Origin: Candidatus Saccharimonadota bacterium
GTDB taxonomy: Bacteria; Patescibacteriota; Saccharimonadia; CAILAD01; BJGX01
DNA: 64,000 nt
NCBI GenBank assembly: GCA_046350735.1
Contig: JAXLZU010000002.1
Coordinates: forward strand, 16,219 to 80,218
Direction: 5' to 3'
Positions 38,527 to 48,520 of the stretch are shown piece after piece. The notes under the pieces were generated by a model. It made no database searches and was not told the DNA's origin. It was given only the letters and a program-made list of their open reading frames with translations. Made by a program: the position numbers and the translations under genes. Every line of letters starts with the position of its first letter. The first letter of the stretch is position 1.

Positions 38527-39801
38527 CTACTTCCACGCCCAAGTCTTTACAATATTATCACTCACCGTTTTAGAAGCATCATCGTTATAACTAGTCGTTA
38601 TAGTAAAAGCAGTTACAGGTGCGCCATTAAAGGTGTAATTTTTACCAGTGGGAATAACAGCAATTACTTGTTGTGTAGTACCATTAACCGATTGGACTAT
38701 CTTTACTGCATCGATATTATTTAGCTGAATCTTGTCATTAGAAATTGGTGTACCTGCCTTTAGCGTATTAGAAAAGGTTGTTAAATCGCCAACTGCAGCT
38801 GTAGAGGGAGTAACAGTAATACTATATTGTGAGTTAGCACCAAACTTGGCACCAATATTACAGGCAGTCTTAGCAAAATCGATAGTAGTCTGGCTAACAA
38901 TACCAAAGCTATAACAATCGCGCACCACTTGCTTATAACCATCTGGCAGTGCAGCTGGCTGAGTGGCGGTGGTTTGAGTCTGAACAGTTTGATCGTTTAG
39001 CTCTATCGCTGGTTTACGTTGATTACGAGCTGAGAATACCAGAACAAGGGAGAGGATAATCATTAATGCTAGCGCAGCAACTACAATAATAATAAATTTC
39101 AGTGGTCCTTTCTTGCGTGTGGTGTCGGTCATTGCCATGTCGGTAATATCAGAATTATAACTGGTACCTAAATCGGTAGGTAACCCACCAGACATTGGTT
39201 GCTCGACTTGTGCAGGGGGTGGAGTATTAAAGGATTGGTCGGCAACCACGGGTGTTGGGGCTGGTGCTGGACTAACATCCACCCCTGGCTGCATGGTACC
39301 CGGCTGAACTGGTTGTGGCGTTAATGCTGGTTGGTTACTAAGATCGAGTGTATTGGCATCTGGTATGACTGCAGGAGCTGGTGCTGGCTGTGGTGGTGTT
39401 GCAGGTACTGGTTGTTGTGCAGCTGCAGGAGAACTTGAAAATGGTGAAATTACATAATTATCTGTCTGTGCGGGTGAAGGACCGGCTGGTAATGGTGTAT
39501 TTGGAGCGGTAAGCGATGGGTTGTCTGGGCCTGCAGGCAAACCTGCAGCATCAGTCTGTGCCTGTGTTTGCCATTCTGGCTGAGGCAGTGGTGCCTGGGC
39601 TGGGGCTGGCTGTGGTGGTGTAACAGCATTTGGATCTGCCATAGGCATAGGTACGCCAGTTAGTGGGTCTGGTACCTGGGAGGGAGTTTGGGCAGCAAAA
39701 GGATTAGCCGGCTGAGCTGCAGCAGGCTGTTGGGCTGGTGGTATGGATCCCCCGGCATTCTCCGCGGGGGGTATCGGAAATGTATTGTCTTGTGGATCCA
39801 T
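38527..39801 (-). CDS. Pro/Gln/Ala-rich bitopic membrane protein
   Basis: About 220-aa low-complexity N-terminus, one TM helix, small C-terminal domain. Confidence 0.75.
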   Translation of the reverse strand: MDPQDNTFPIPPAENAGGSIPPAQQPAAAQPANPFAAQTPSQVPDPLTGVPMPMADPNAVTPPQPAPAQAPLPQPEWQTQAQTDAAGLPAGPDNPSLTAPNTPLPAGPSPAQTDNYVISPFSSSPAAAQQPVPATPPQPAPAPAVIPDANTLDLSNQPALTPQPVQPGTMQPGVDVSPAPAPTPVVADQSFNTPPPAQVEQPMSGGLPTDLGTSYNSDITDMAMTDTTRKKGPLKFIIIVVAALALMIILSLVLVFSARNQRKPAIELNDQTVQTQTTATQPAALPDGYKQVVRDCYSFGIVSQTTIDFAKTACNIGAKFGANSQYSITVTPSTAAVGDLTTFSNTLKAGTPISNDKIQLNNIDAVKIVQSVNGTTQQVIAVIPTGKNYTFNGAPVTAFTITTSYNDDASKTVSDNIVKTWAWK

Positions 39802-39857
39802 ATATAACTCGTTCTAATTATAACAATATCAGCTTAAAATGGCTATGTTTACTTTGG

Positions 39858-40754
39858 CTAATTTGTGTCTTTTTCTAAATATTGTGTGTAAGGCGACCAA
39901 TCTCCACCCAGTAAGCTTACACAGAGATCGCCTGACAAGAGTACTGTTTTGTTATTAATATCGCGTTCTGGATTAACCTCTACACAGTCGAGTGCAATTA
40001 TATCTTCTTTAGACAATTCTCTACACAGATACGAAACTTCTCGATAACTCAGACCACCCCTATTAACAATACCTGTACCAGGTGCCTCAGATGAGTCTAT
40101 AGAGTCAATGTCGAGACTAATATGTAGCGGTCGGCTAGCCACTTTTTGCCGAATTTCATCTACTATCTTGGCAATGCCATGGCGAATAATATCATCAATT
40201 GTGTAACAGGTGATGTTATGAGCCTGCATGTAACGATACTCTGCTTCATCAATATCTTTTGCACCTATAATAAAAACCTCATTATACTGATATTTGGGTA
40301 ATTCAAAATCTACCCATAGTGCATCACCCAGTACAGTAGAAAGCGGCATACCATGAATATTACCAGTAGGAGAATCGATTGGATTACTACAATCTGGGTG
40401 AGCATCAATGTAGACTATACAGGTTTGGGGGTTTCTAGCCTTAGAAGCAAAGAGCGTGCCAATAGAAATTGAATGATCACCACCAAGCGTCAAAACAATG
40501 TCTTTGTTATCTGCCGAAGACGTAATTTGTTCAAATAGTGTCTTATTAAAGGATATAAGCGAGTCTAAATTGCGTAGTTTTTTATTAGAATTATTGGTTT
40601 CTTCAATTGCTGTGACAGGTTCTAATTCACTAAATTCAAACATGTTTTTCTTAAGACCCGACCGCAATGTGGTGTCGAGAATTGTAGCTGGTGCCTTCTC
40701 GCTACCCTTGTTGAACGACCCCAAACTTGTTGCTGCCTGAACAATTTTTATCAT
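39858..40754 (-). CDS. Arginase
   Basis: GGDHS, DAHPD, GNIHGMP, SLDIDSID, APGTG, EVNP. Confidence 0.93.
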   Translation of the reverse strand: MIKIVQAATSLGSFNKGSEKAPATILDTTLRSGLKKNMFEFSELEPVTAIEETNNSNKKLRNLDSLISFNKTLFEQITSSADNKDIVLTLGGDHSISIGTLFASKARNPQTCIVYIDAHPDCSNPIDSPTGNIHGMPLSTVLGDALWVDFELPKYQYNEVFIIGAKDIDEAEYRYMQAHNITCYTIDDIIRHGIAKIVDEIRQKVASRPLHISLDIDSIDSSEAPGTGIVNRGGLSYREVSYLCRELSKEDIIALDCVEVNPERDINNKTVLLSGDLCVSLLGGDWSPYTQYLEKDTN

Positions 40755-40805
40755 TACCTTATTATACTAGCTTTTCTGATAGTAGCTAGATGATACAATA
40801 GGGCT

Positions 40806-42116
40806 ATGAGCAAACTAAAGTCTAGTCTAAAAAAGCTAATACCCCGGCGCAGTATCGATGCACTGCATTATCCAGAGTCATTACTTTACGCTCGCAAGTA
40901 CAGATTTCCGAGCAAGCATATGATAATAATTGGTATTGTCGGCAGTAAGGGAAAAACAACCACTGCCAATATGGTTTGGGCAGTATTATCTGCATCTGGT
41001 GCAAAAGTTGGCCAGATAGGTACAGCTAATATTCGTATTGGCGAACAGGAAGAACTCAACAAATACCACATGACAATGCCAGGTGCCTCGGCGATGCAAA
41101 AAATCTTGGCCGATATGCAAAAAGCGGGCTGCAAATATGTGGTTATGGAGGTGCCAAGCGAGGGTCAAACACAATGGCGCCATATTGGTATTAACTTTGA
41201 TGTGTTGGTTTTTACCAACGTAGAACGCGAAATTATGGCCTCACATAGAGGTAGTATGGAGGTCTTACACCAACACAACAAGCGTGTCTTTAAGTCTACC
41301 GCCAAAGCTACACGCAAAGAAATGAGTGGCAAAAAAGTACCAAAAATTATCATTGCCAACGCCGATAGTAAATATGCTCCAAACTATATGGATTTTGCAG
41401 TTGATAAAAAAGCCACCTATAGCACTCACTCTAGTAGTGATTATCAAGCAAAAAATATTCACTCTAATGGAAAAGGTGTAGATTTTGAGCTAAATCTCGA
41501 TACCTACCATATAAATATCCTTGGTGAAATTAACGCCGAAAATGCCACTGCAGCAGTTGCTGTAGGTAAAGAGCTAGGAATGGATAGAAAAACCATTCAA
41601 CGAGGCCTAGAGTCGCTTAAAACGATACCAGGCCGTATGGAGCCAATAGATGCTAAGCAAAACTTTACTGTCTTGGTAGATTACGCCCATTCGCCTGCCA
41701 GCATGGAGGCGTTAATGAAGAGCGCCAAAGCCATGGCTAGGGGCAAGATTATTACTCTTCTCGGTGCCGAAGGTGGCGGGCGCGATATAGAGAAACGCCC
41801 CATTCTGGGACGGTTAGCTGCTGAATGCTCTGACTATATAGTAATTACGAATGTAGATCCATACGAAGATGATCCTACAAGGATTATCGAAGATGTTGCC
41901 GCCGGTGCCCGAAAAGCCGGTAAGACAGATGAGAAAAATCTATTTTGTATAGAAGATAGACGTGCGGGAATTCGCAAAGCCCTAAAGTTGGCAAATAAAA
42001 ATGATTTAGTACTTATTACCGGCAAAGGTGCCGAACAATCTATTGTTATTAATGGTAAATCCACTCCTTGGGATGACAGAAAAGTTGTGCGTGAAGAGCT
42101 AGAAAAGCTAGTCTAA
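40806..42116 (+). CDS. murE: Mur ligase, MurE-like
   Basis: GSKGKTTT, PGRME, VDYAH.P, ITGKGAE. Confidence 0.85.
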   Translation: MSKLKSSLKKLIPRRSIDALHYPESLLYARKYRFPSKHMIIIGIVGSKGKTTTANMVWAVLSASGAKVGQIGTANIRIGEQEELNKYHMTMPGASAMQKILADMQKAGCKYVVMEVPSEGQTQWRHIGINFDVLVFTNVEREIMASHRGSMEVLHQHNKRVFKSTAKATRKEMSGKKVPKIIIANADSKYAPNYMDFAVDKKATYSTHSSSDYQAKNIHSNGKGVDFELNLDTYHINILGEINAENATAAVAVGKELGMDRKTIQRGLESLKTIPGRMEPIDAKQNFTVLVDYAHSPASMEALMKSAKAMARGKIITLLGAEGGGRDIEKRPILGRLAAECSDYIVITNVDPYEDDPTRIIEDVAAGARKAGKTDEKNLFCIEDRRAGIRKALKLANKNDLVLITGKGAEQSIVINGKSTPWDDRKVVREELEKLV

Positions 42117-42374
42117 CAAAGATATGATCTGGTATCCATATTTCTGAATTTGTTCATCAGACCAGAACGAATATCCCTTCGTCTTACCAACATACCCTAC
42201 CTTTTTTGTTAACTCTCTACCGGTAAATATTTTTGTTTTTGGATCCCACTCTTTAAGAATAAGGGTGTCGCCGGTATTAATTTCCCAATCAGCCAATCTC
42301 AGTTCGTACGTTTTTTCACCTGACAAGATCTTATTGAAGTATTCGGGCCAAATCTTTTTCTTTATCTTTGCCAT
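42108..42374 (-). CDS. ASCH/DUF3850 domain protein
   Basis: KIWPEYF..ILSGEKTYELR..D....GD.LILKEWDP. Confidence 0.85.
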   Translation of the reverse strand: MAKIKKKIWPEYFNKILSGEKTYELRLADWEINTGDTLILKEWDPKTKIFTGRELTKKVGYVGKTKGYSFWSDEQIQKYGYQIISLLD

Positions 42375-42375
42375 A

Positions 42376-43245
42376 TTATTTCTTAGCAAGCTCTTTTACT
42401 GCAACTGGGCACAAACCATTATGTTGCTTCTCACATTCTATACAGCAGATAAAAAGCTGGTGACAGTCGGGCTTGGCACAGTCTATATACCTATCACTCG
42501 CCTGTTTGCAATGGGCACATTTACCCAAAACTTTTTCGCCAGACTTAGTGTCTGTATTGGTAACCATCCTATCATCAAAAACAAAGTTTTTACCTATAAA
42601 ATGTCCGTCGGGATATTTTTCGAGGTACTTAACAATGCCACCTTCTAGCTGGTAAACATTGTCAAAACCTTCTTCTGCCAAGAGTGCAGTGGCTTTTTCG
42701 CATCTAATACCACCCGTACAGTAAGTAAGAACTTTATTCTTGGGGTCTATCTTGAGGTTCTTTACCTTTTTGGGTAACTCATAAAACTTGGTGGTATCTG
42801 GCTGAATTGCACCCTCAAAACGCCCTACCTCATATTCATAATTGTTGCGCATATCTACCACAGTAATATCTTTTTCAGTCTCTAGCATAGTATGAAACTC
42901 TTCTGGGCTAAGATATTTACCAGTTTTTTTAAGATCTACTGGCTTACCAAGTGTTACTATTTCTGGACGACGCTTAACAATTAGTTTGGGGAACGGCATT
43001 TTGCCAGCAGCAGATCTTTTGAAGACAATATCTTTAAAGAGCGGATGAGCATCCATGTAATCGGTATATTGTTTTAACTGCGCTCGGGTACCAGCTACTG
43101 TACCATTAATTCCTTCTTCGGCAATAAGAATACGGCCCTTTAGGCCAATACCAGCGCAAACCAACTTGTGCTGCATGACTTCGAAGGCAGGGTCTGTAAC
43201 ACCGACAAATTTGTAATATAGCAAGACTGAAATTGTAGAACTCAT
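42376..43245 (-). CDS. trhO: Rhodanese-domain tRNA hydroxylase TrhO (UPF0176)
   Basis: LKGRILIA.EGINGT, DMRN.YE..G.F, YCTGGIRCEKA, FVFDDR. Confidence 0.9.
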   Translation of the reverse strand: MSSTISVLLYYKFVGVTDPAFEVMQHKLVCAGIGLKGRILIAEEGINGTVAGTRAQLKQYTDYMDAHPLFKDIVFKRSAAGKMPFPKLIVKRRPEIVTLGKPVDLKKTGKYLSPEEFHTMLETEKDITVVDMRNNYEYEVGRFEGAIQPDTTKFYELPKKVKNLKIDPKNKVLTYCTGGIRCEKATALLAEEGFDNVYQLEGGIVKYLEKYPDGHFIGKNFVFDDRMVTNTDTKSGEKVLGKCAHCKQASDRYIDCAKPDCHQLFICCIECEKQHNGLCPVAVKELAKK

Positions 43246-43373
43246 AATTGGTGATTATAGCCTATAATAAACAATTTTTCTAGATACAGTCTGCTTGTAA
43301 TAGGTGATCAATATATGGTAACGTATGTGACAGTGTCCGAACCAACCACGCTAGACCCCCAAGGAGCGAGTTC

Positions 43374-44135
43374 GTGGCAAGTACTTCAGCAGTTTCACGT
43401 TACAGGCGAGTACTACTTAAGCTCTCTGGCGAAGCCCAGGGTAAAGTATATAAGCTCGAAGATGGTTCTACCCTTGTTGCTGGATTCGATACCAAGAGAA
43501 TGCGCTCTGAAGCCGAAGAAATCAAAGCAGTTATCGACGAACTAGGTGTTGAGATCGCTGTAGTAATTGGTGGTGGCAACATTTTTCGCGGCAAAGATGC
43601 CGAAGATATTGACCCCAATACTGCCGACTACGTAGGCATGCTGGCCACTGTTTCAAACGCAATGATGTTCGAAGACATTCTAAAGCAAGAGGGTGTCGAC
43701 TGTTGTATGAATTCATCATTGCGAATCGAAGAAGTTGCTGAACCCTACAGGTACAAGAAGGCTAAGAGTCGAATGCGGGATGGTCAAGTGGTTATCTGCG
43801 CCGGCGGACTTGGTGAGCCAGGTTTTACCACCGACACTGCCGCTGCTCAGCGCGCCATGAACCTCGGCTGCGAGGCTATCTTGATGGCCAAGCAAGGTAC
43901 CGACGGCATCTACGACTCCGACCCGCGCACCAACCCCGAAGCCAGCAAGCTCGGCAACCTCACCCACCTGGACGTGATCGAACGTGGCCTGAAGGTGATG
44001 GATGCCACTGCTGCCACCCATGCGCGCGAGCACGGCATCGACATTGTTGTTTACGATGGCTCTCAGCCAGGTATGCTCGCGAAGGTGCTTTGTCACCCAG
44101 AACAATATGGCTCGGTCGTTCGCACCGCGGCCTAA
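43374..44135 (+). CDS. pyrH: UMP kinase
   Basis: RRVLLKLSGEA, GGGNIFRG, FTTDTAAAQRA, DGIYDSDP, LKVMDATA. Confidence 0.95.
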   Translation: MASTSAVSRYRRVLLKLSGEAQGKVYKLEDGSTLVAGFDTKRMRSEAEEIKAVIDELGVEIAVVIGGGNIFRGKDAEDIDPNTADYVGMLATVSNAMMFEDILKQEGVDCCMNSSLRIEEVAEPYRYKKAKSRMRDGQVVICAGGLGEPGFTTDTAAAQRAMNLGCEAILMAKQGTDGIYDSDPRTNPEASKLGNLTHLDVIERGLKVMDATAATHAREHGIDIVVYDGSQPGMLAKVLCHPEQYGSVVRTAA

Positions 44136-44162
44136 TTACTTACCCATGGCAACATGGGTTTT

Positions 44163-44600
44163 TTATTTTACCAAATGAGAACTGGTGTTGATAAAACCAA
44201 TAATACACGCACCAAGCCAGGCTAGTTGCGAAAGTGTAATTGATACAATAGACCAAACAATAAGTTTTTTAGGTAACTGCCAGAAATTCTCCAACTTTTC
44301 AGACTTCATTGCTTTTTGTACAAAATGTAAATTAATACCATTACAGATAATAATTAAAACCAGTAGCATCTTTAGTTGGGTAAGTGGTTTAGTAAAGTTG
44401 GGATGCAAAAATTTACCACTCAGTATTAATCCAACTAAACCAGACCAGATAAGAATCTGTGCGGCTTTGCTTACTTCTAGCATTTGAGTTTTGGTCTTTT
44501 TACCTAATACCCAAAATAACCCATAAAAATCTACAAATAGTACACTGCCATAGGCAACAATTAGACTAAATACATGCACAAATAGAACAAATTTATACAT
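44163..44600 (-). CDS. Four-TM membrane protein
   Basis: Hydrophobic ORF in an operon. Confidence 0.7.
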   Translation of the reverse strand: MYKFVLFVHVFSLIVAYGSVLFVDFYGLFWVLGKKTKTQMLEVSKAAQILIWSGLVGLILSGKFLHPNFTKPLTQLKMLLVLIIICNGINLHFVQKAMKSEKLENFWQLPKKLIVWSIVSITLSQLAWLGACIIGFINTSSHLVK

Positions 44601-44988
44601 TTTTTTGCTCCAGATACTTTTGCATTAAGCTCCAGTAATAATCTTGCCACCCTTGCTCTATATCTTTGGTAAATTCTTCTGGCACTCCAGTCTGCGTAAA
44701 ATGTAGCATACAACCATCACCTTTTGCAGTTAGTGTAATAGTTACTTTACTCTCCGCTCCGTCTGGCCAATCTGATGCACGCCACGACTGAATAATTTCT
44801 TTACCCGCTATAAGTTTGTTAAATTTTCCGGTTGCATAATCATTCCACACCGAAAAATTACCACCCACTCTAGCATCAATTTTGGCACTGGCATCAGTTA
44901 TTTCTGCAAACTTCTTCTCATTGGTTAGTAAGTCATAGATGTCTTGCGGAGATGCCTTAAATGTAATTTTTTGTGATATGTTTGCCAT
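44593..44988 (-). CDS. SRPBCC/AHSA1 domain protein
   Basis: A.P..IY..L, GG.FS, IIQSWR..DW, GW..YYW. Confidence 0.9.
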   Translation of the reverse strand: MANISQKITFKASPQDIYDLLTNEKKFAEITDASAKIDARVGGNFSVWNDYATGKFNKLIAGKEIIQSWRASDWPDGAESKVTITLTAKGDGCMLHFTQTGVPEEFTKDIEQGWQDYYWSLMQKYLEQKNV

Positions 44989-44996
44989 CTAGTTCC

Positions 44997-45473
44997 TTAT
45001 TTTGCCAAAGCAACTACTTCTGCCAAATCTTCTGAGCCGCTCCATTTATTAATCATTGCGCCACCAGCATCTACCTGTACAAAAGTATCCTCAAATGGCA
45101 CTTGATACTGCTTCTTAAGTGCAGTGCTTTTGTCATAGTCGACATATAAAATAGTAAAGTTGTTAGGAAACTTGGCTACATTTGCCTTAAAGTCGTTATC
45201 GAGCATCTTGCACGTTTTTGACCACTTAGCACAGAAGAACAAAATAACTTTACCATCACTAGCTTCAGCTAACTTTGCCACATCGTACGGTGCATATTCA
45301 CCTGGTCGCTTGGCAACTTCTTGCTTTTGTTCTGGAGCAACAGTTTGTGTGGTATTTGCAGTAGCAACATTAGTCAACTTTTTGACATAGAGTTTTTTCC
45401 AGCCAATAAATGCTCCGACGCCTATGAGTATTGCTAGCATAATAATACCAACCCCTATTAATGTTTTTTTCAT
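44997..45473 (-). CDS. Membrane-anchored thioredoxin-like protein (SxxC variant)
   Basis: LFF.AKWSKTC, VDYD...LKK.Y.V. Confidence 0.75.
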   Translation of the reverse strand: MKKTLIGVGIIMLAILIGVGAFIGWKKLYVKKLTNVATANTTQTVAPEQKQEVAKRPGEYAPYDVAKLAEASDGKVILFFCAKWSKTCKMLDNDFKANVAKFPNNFTILYVDYDKSTALKKQYQVPFEDTFVQVDAGGAMINKWSGSEDLAEVVALAK

Positions 45474-45919
45474 TTTCCTTGGTACCGACTCGTTAACAGC
45501 ATTTTTAGTAGAATAATAAGTACCAAAATAACTATTAGCCAAGAGTCGAGACTGTGCATAAATACCTGCACAATTATTGCAATACTTAGCAAGCTAATAG
45601 CAGCCAAGAACACCATTCTTTCTACTGCTGGTAGCTGTGCATTGTGTTTGGGACGTGCGCGCCAATGAGTAACCGCAAATACGAGCACCACCAACATAAA
45701 TGCAGCTAGCAATACAAATTGGCCATTTACGGTTAATGCGCTATAGGCAGGCACCATAAAGAACAGACCAAGTCCAAATATCACCAGTGCAATTAGAATT
45801 TCGGAAGTAAATTTGTGCTCAGTAAACAAGTCTTCTTCTACAATAGGTTCTGCCTGGGAATTTTTATGCTTTGGCTTTTTGTGCTTAGCCTCGTGTCGGG
45901 CATGTGATGTACGACTCAT
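45470..45919 (-). CDS. Membrane protein
   Basis: Four hydrophobic segments. Confidence 0.7.
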   Translation of the reverse strand: MSRTSHARHEAKHKKPKHKNSQAEPIVEEDLFTEHKFTSEILIALVIFGLGLFFMVPAYSALTVNGQFVLLAAFMLVVLVFAVTHWRARPKHNAQLPAVERMVFLAAISLLSIAIIVQVFMHSLDSWLIVILVLIILLKMLLTSRYQGK

Positions 45920-46031
45920 ATTTAAATTGTATCATACCTAAATATTTTAATGATTATTATAATGCTCGAGCTTGCTAAAAAGTAATAAATACTATTAAAT
46001 ACTGGTGTCCTCATATCAGGAAAGGCTCACC

Positions 46032-46580
46032 ATGCAAGGACTACTGATTGTCATCTCTGGCCCTAGTGGTGCTGGCAAAGCCAGTGTTACCAAAGGTTGT
46101 GGTCTCGAGATTGCCCAAAGTTGGACCACTAGACTACCAAAATCTCGTGATATGCCAGGTGAATATAAATATGTTACTAAGAAAGAGTTTATGGAAGGTG
46201 TCGGCAATGGTTTGCTACTTGAGCATGATGAACATTTTGGTAACTTGTATGGTCTAGCTAAGCCGCCTGCTGGCAAAGTTGTTATTACCGATGTTGATGT
46301 AAATGGTGCAAGAAATTTACGACACAGGCCAGATGTTTTGCTTGTGGGTATTTTACCGCCCGACCCTATCGTAGAGACATGCCTTAGACGTCTTCGTGAG
46401 CGTGGAGATGAATCTGAAGAAGAAATACTAGAAAGAAGAGATAGAATTAGCTACGAAGCCGAATTAATTTTGTCAGAATGGCCCAAAATTATTCGTAATG
46501 ATAATCTTTCTGACGCCAGAAAACAGTTGAGAATAATTATTGCAAACTGTTGCAAAGCACGAAATATTGCATATCAATAA
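46032..46580 (+). CDS. gmk: Guanylate kinase (divergent)
   Basis: ISGPSGAGK, SWTTR.P, Y.YVTK.EF, GNLYG, DVDVNGA, RL.ERG.ES.E. Confidence 0.85.
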   Translation: MQGLLIVISGPSGAGKASVTKGCGLEIAQSWTTRLPKSRDMPGEYKYVTKKEFMEGVGNGLLLEHDEHFGNLYGLAKPPAGKVVITDVDVNGARNLRHRPDVLLVGILPPDPIVETCLRRLRERGDESEEEILERRDRISYEAELILSEWPKIIRNDNLSDARKQLRIIIANCCKARNIAYQ

Positions 46581-46608
46581 AAACACCCCTCATTTTTGTG
46601 AGGGGTTT

Positions 46609-47013
46609 TTATTCACCTTCAAGACTAAGGCCAACGCTAGCCAATGCCTGACGAATGTCTGCTATGGCAGATTTACCAATATTATAGTACTTCTTCAGCT
46701 CGAGCTCGGTCTTGCGCGAAAGCTCGCCGATGGTTTGTATGTCTTTATCTTCTCGCCGCACATAGATACCTTGGGCATTGTGCCAATATGCCTCAAGTAG
46801 AGCGTTGCGAGTACGAGACTTTAGTGGGAGCAGATAGATAGACATATTGGCAGAGTCAGATCGAGAAATACGAATTGGCTCGCCTGTATCATCAACATGA
46901 CAAACAGAGAAATCGAGCAAAGGTTTGTCTTTTAGTACATATTTCTGTAAAAGCTTTATTAAGGCATCTGTGTCTTGTTCTCCCTGAAAAACAATCTCTA
47001 CTTTGGTTGGCAT
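46609..47013 (-). CDS. Stand-alone RNA polymerase alpha-CTD-like protein
   Basis: SI..LPLKSRTRNAL...IQTIGEL.RKTE.ELKK..NIGKSAI..IR..L...GLSL. Confidence 0.75.
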   Translation of the reverse strand: MPTKVEIVFQGEQDTDALIKLLQKYVLKDKPLLDFSVCHVDDTGEPIRISRSDSANMSIYLLPLKSRTRNALLEAYWHNAQGIYVRREDKDIQTIGELSRKTELELKKYYNIGKSAIADIRQALASVGLSLEGE

Positions 47014-47426
47014 TAGCCTTCCCCTTGTTCGTAAACTTCTTCAAGCATAAGATGCAGACCATGTTTTGCAAGACCCATACGTATGTTGTGCAATCCTACA
47101 TAGCCAAGTTGTGGCATAGCTAACAAATCATCTGCACTAAAACCAAGTAGATCGCCTATTGTTACAATCTCTGACTTAGCGAAACCTCTCCTATAAGCCC
47201 AGCTCAGTGCCCCAATCGTTCTTGAATGCAGACCAAGATTACGAATATGACTATTTAATATTGCATCGTCTTCATCGCTAAATGAAACAATAAGGGGGTC
47301 TACAGTAACTGGTCTGTGTTCTTCCAGTAGCATATATTCACGCACCTTAAAGATGGCAGCATCAATTTCTTCAAAAAACTCGTACGGCACCTTATCGTCT
47401 ACTACTAAGCGAATCTGTATAGGCAT
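47013..47426 (-). CDS. Stand-alone RNA polymerase alpha-CTD-like protein (GYACCY cassette)
   Basis: IRNLGLHSRT..AL...IVTIGDLL.FS.DDLLAMPQLG...L.NIR..L...GL.L. Confidence 0.75.
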   Translation of the reverse strand: MPIQIRLVVDDKVPYEFFEEIDAAIFKVREYMLLEEHRPVTVDPLIVSFSDEDDAILNSHIRNLGLHSRTIGALSWAYRRGFAKSEIVTIGDLLGFSADDLLAMPQLGYVGLHNIRMGLAKHGLHLMLEEVYEQGEG

Positions 47427-47453
47427 AGATCTGCCTTTCTGTGGGGTGCAAGA

Positions 47454-48431
47454 TCAGGAATATTCTAAATTTAATAGGCTAGCTTTGTCAATAATAGCGA
47501 GTAACTCGTCGTGGCTTTTGGTCTGCATCATCTCGGCTCGCAACTCAGATGCGCCAGCAAAGCCATTAATATACATTTTTACAAATTTCTTGAGTGGTTC
47601 AAACTTTTCTCCATCCCATGTTTTTTTATGCAGAGCAGTATGCTCGCGCAAGATAGGCAACATTATTGCTAAATCTCGATTGGTTTTAGTTTCATCAAAC
47701 ACAAAAAAATTATGAAATATGCCACGGCCTATCATAATTCCATCTACATCACTTTCTTTTGCCAGCTCTCTACCCTGTTCAAGATTCATAACATCGCCAT
47801 TACCAATAATAACCGTGCTTGGGCTAATACTATCACGTAGTTTTACTGCCTTGGCAATTTCATCCCAATGAGCAGGCACCTTGCTCATTTCTTTCTTTGT
47901 ACGACCATGTACAATAATTGCATCCAAATTTTGCTCAAGCAAGAATCCTATCCAGTTTTCTGTATCTATAGTGTTAAAACCAAGTCGAGTCTTTACACTA
48001 ACCGGTATCTTACCCGCTGCACCCTTTTGAGTAGCTATTATTACCTCTTTGGCCAGCTGAGGGTTTTGTATCATTGCGCTACATGCACCTTTTTTTATCA
48101 TATCTTTTACAGGGCAGCCCATATTAATATCAATTCCATCAAAGCCCATATCTACAATATCCCGTGCCATTTCTTCATAATGCTGGGGAGTGATGCCCCA
48201 TATCTGAGCTATAAGGGGGTTTTCTGATTTTTCGTGTTGCAATCTAGTACCAATAGCTTGGCGCCCGGGGCTACACCAGCCATCAGCATTGGCAAATTCG
48301 GTCATCATTACATCAGCCGGCGCATGCTTTTGCACAATACGACGAAAAACCGTATCGGTTACATCGTCCATTGGTGCCATCACAAAAAACGGCTGCTTAT
48401 TTTTCTTTAATTGTTGCCAAATATTTTTCAT
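47454..48431 (-). CDS. tRNA-dihydrouridine synthase
   Basis: APMDDVTD, DINMGCP, PVSVKTRLG, HGRT, GNGD, MIGRG. Confidence 0.95.
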   Translation of the reverse strand: MKNIWQQLKKNKQPFFVMAPMDDVTDTVFRRIVQKHAPADVMMTEFANADGWCSPGRQAIGTRLQHEKSENPLIAQIWGITPQHYEEMARDIVDMGFDGIDINMGCPVKDMIKKGACSAMIQNPQLAKEVIIATQKGAAGKIPVSVKTRLGFNTIDTENWIGFLLEQNLDAIIVHGRTKKEMSKVPAHWDEIAKAVKLRDSISPSTVIIGNGDVMNLEQGRELAKESDVDGIMIGRGIFHNFFVFDETKTNRDLAIMLPILREHTALHKKTWDGEKFEPLKKFVKMYINGFAGASELRAEMMQTKSHDELLAIIDKASLLNLEYS

Positions 48432-48520
48432 TACTAGTGCGCTAGTATAACCGAAATAAGCATAAATTTCTAGGGCAATGTGTCACATCGTGCTTACAAA
48501 AACAGTTATAATAACATTAC

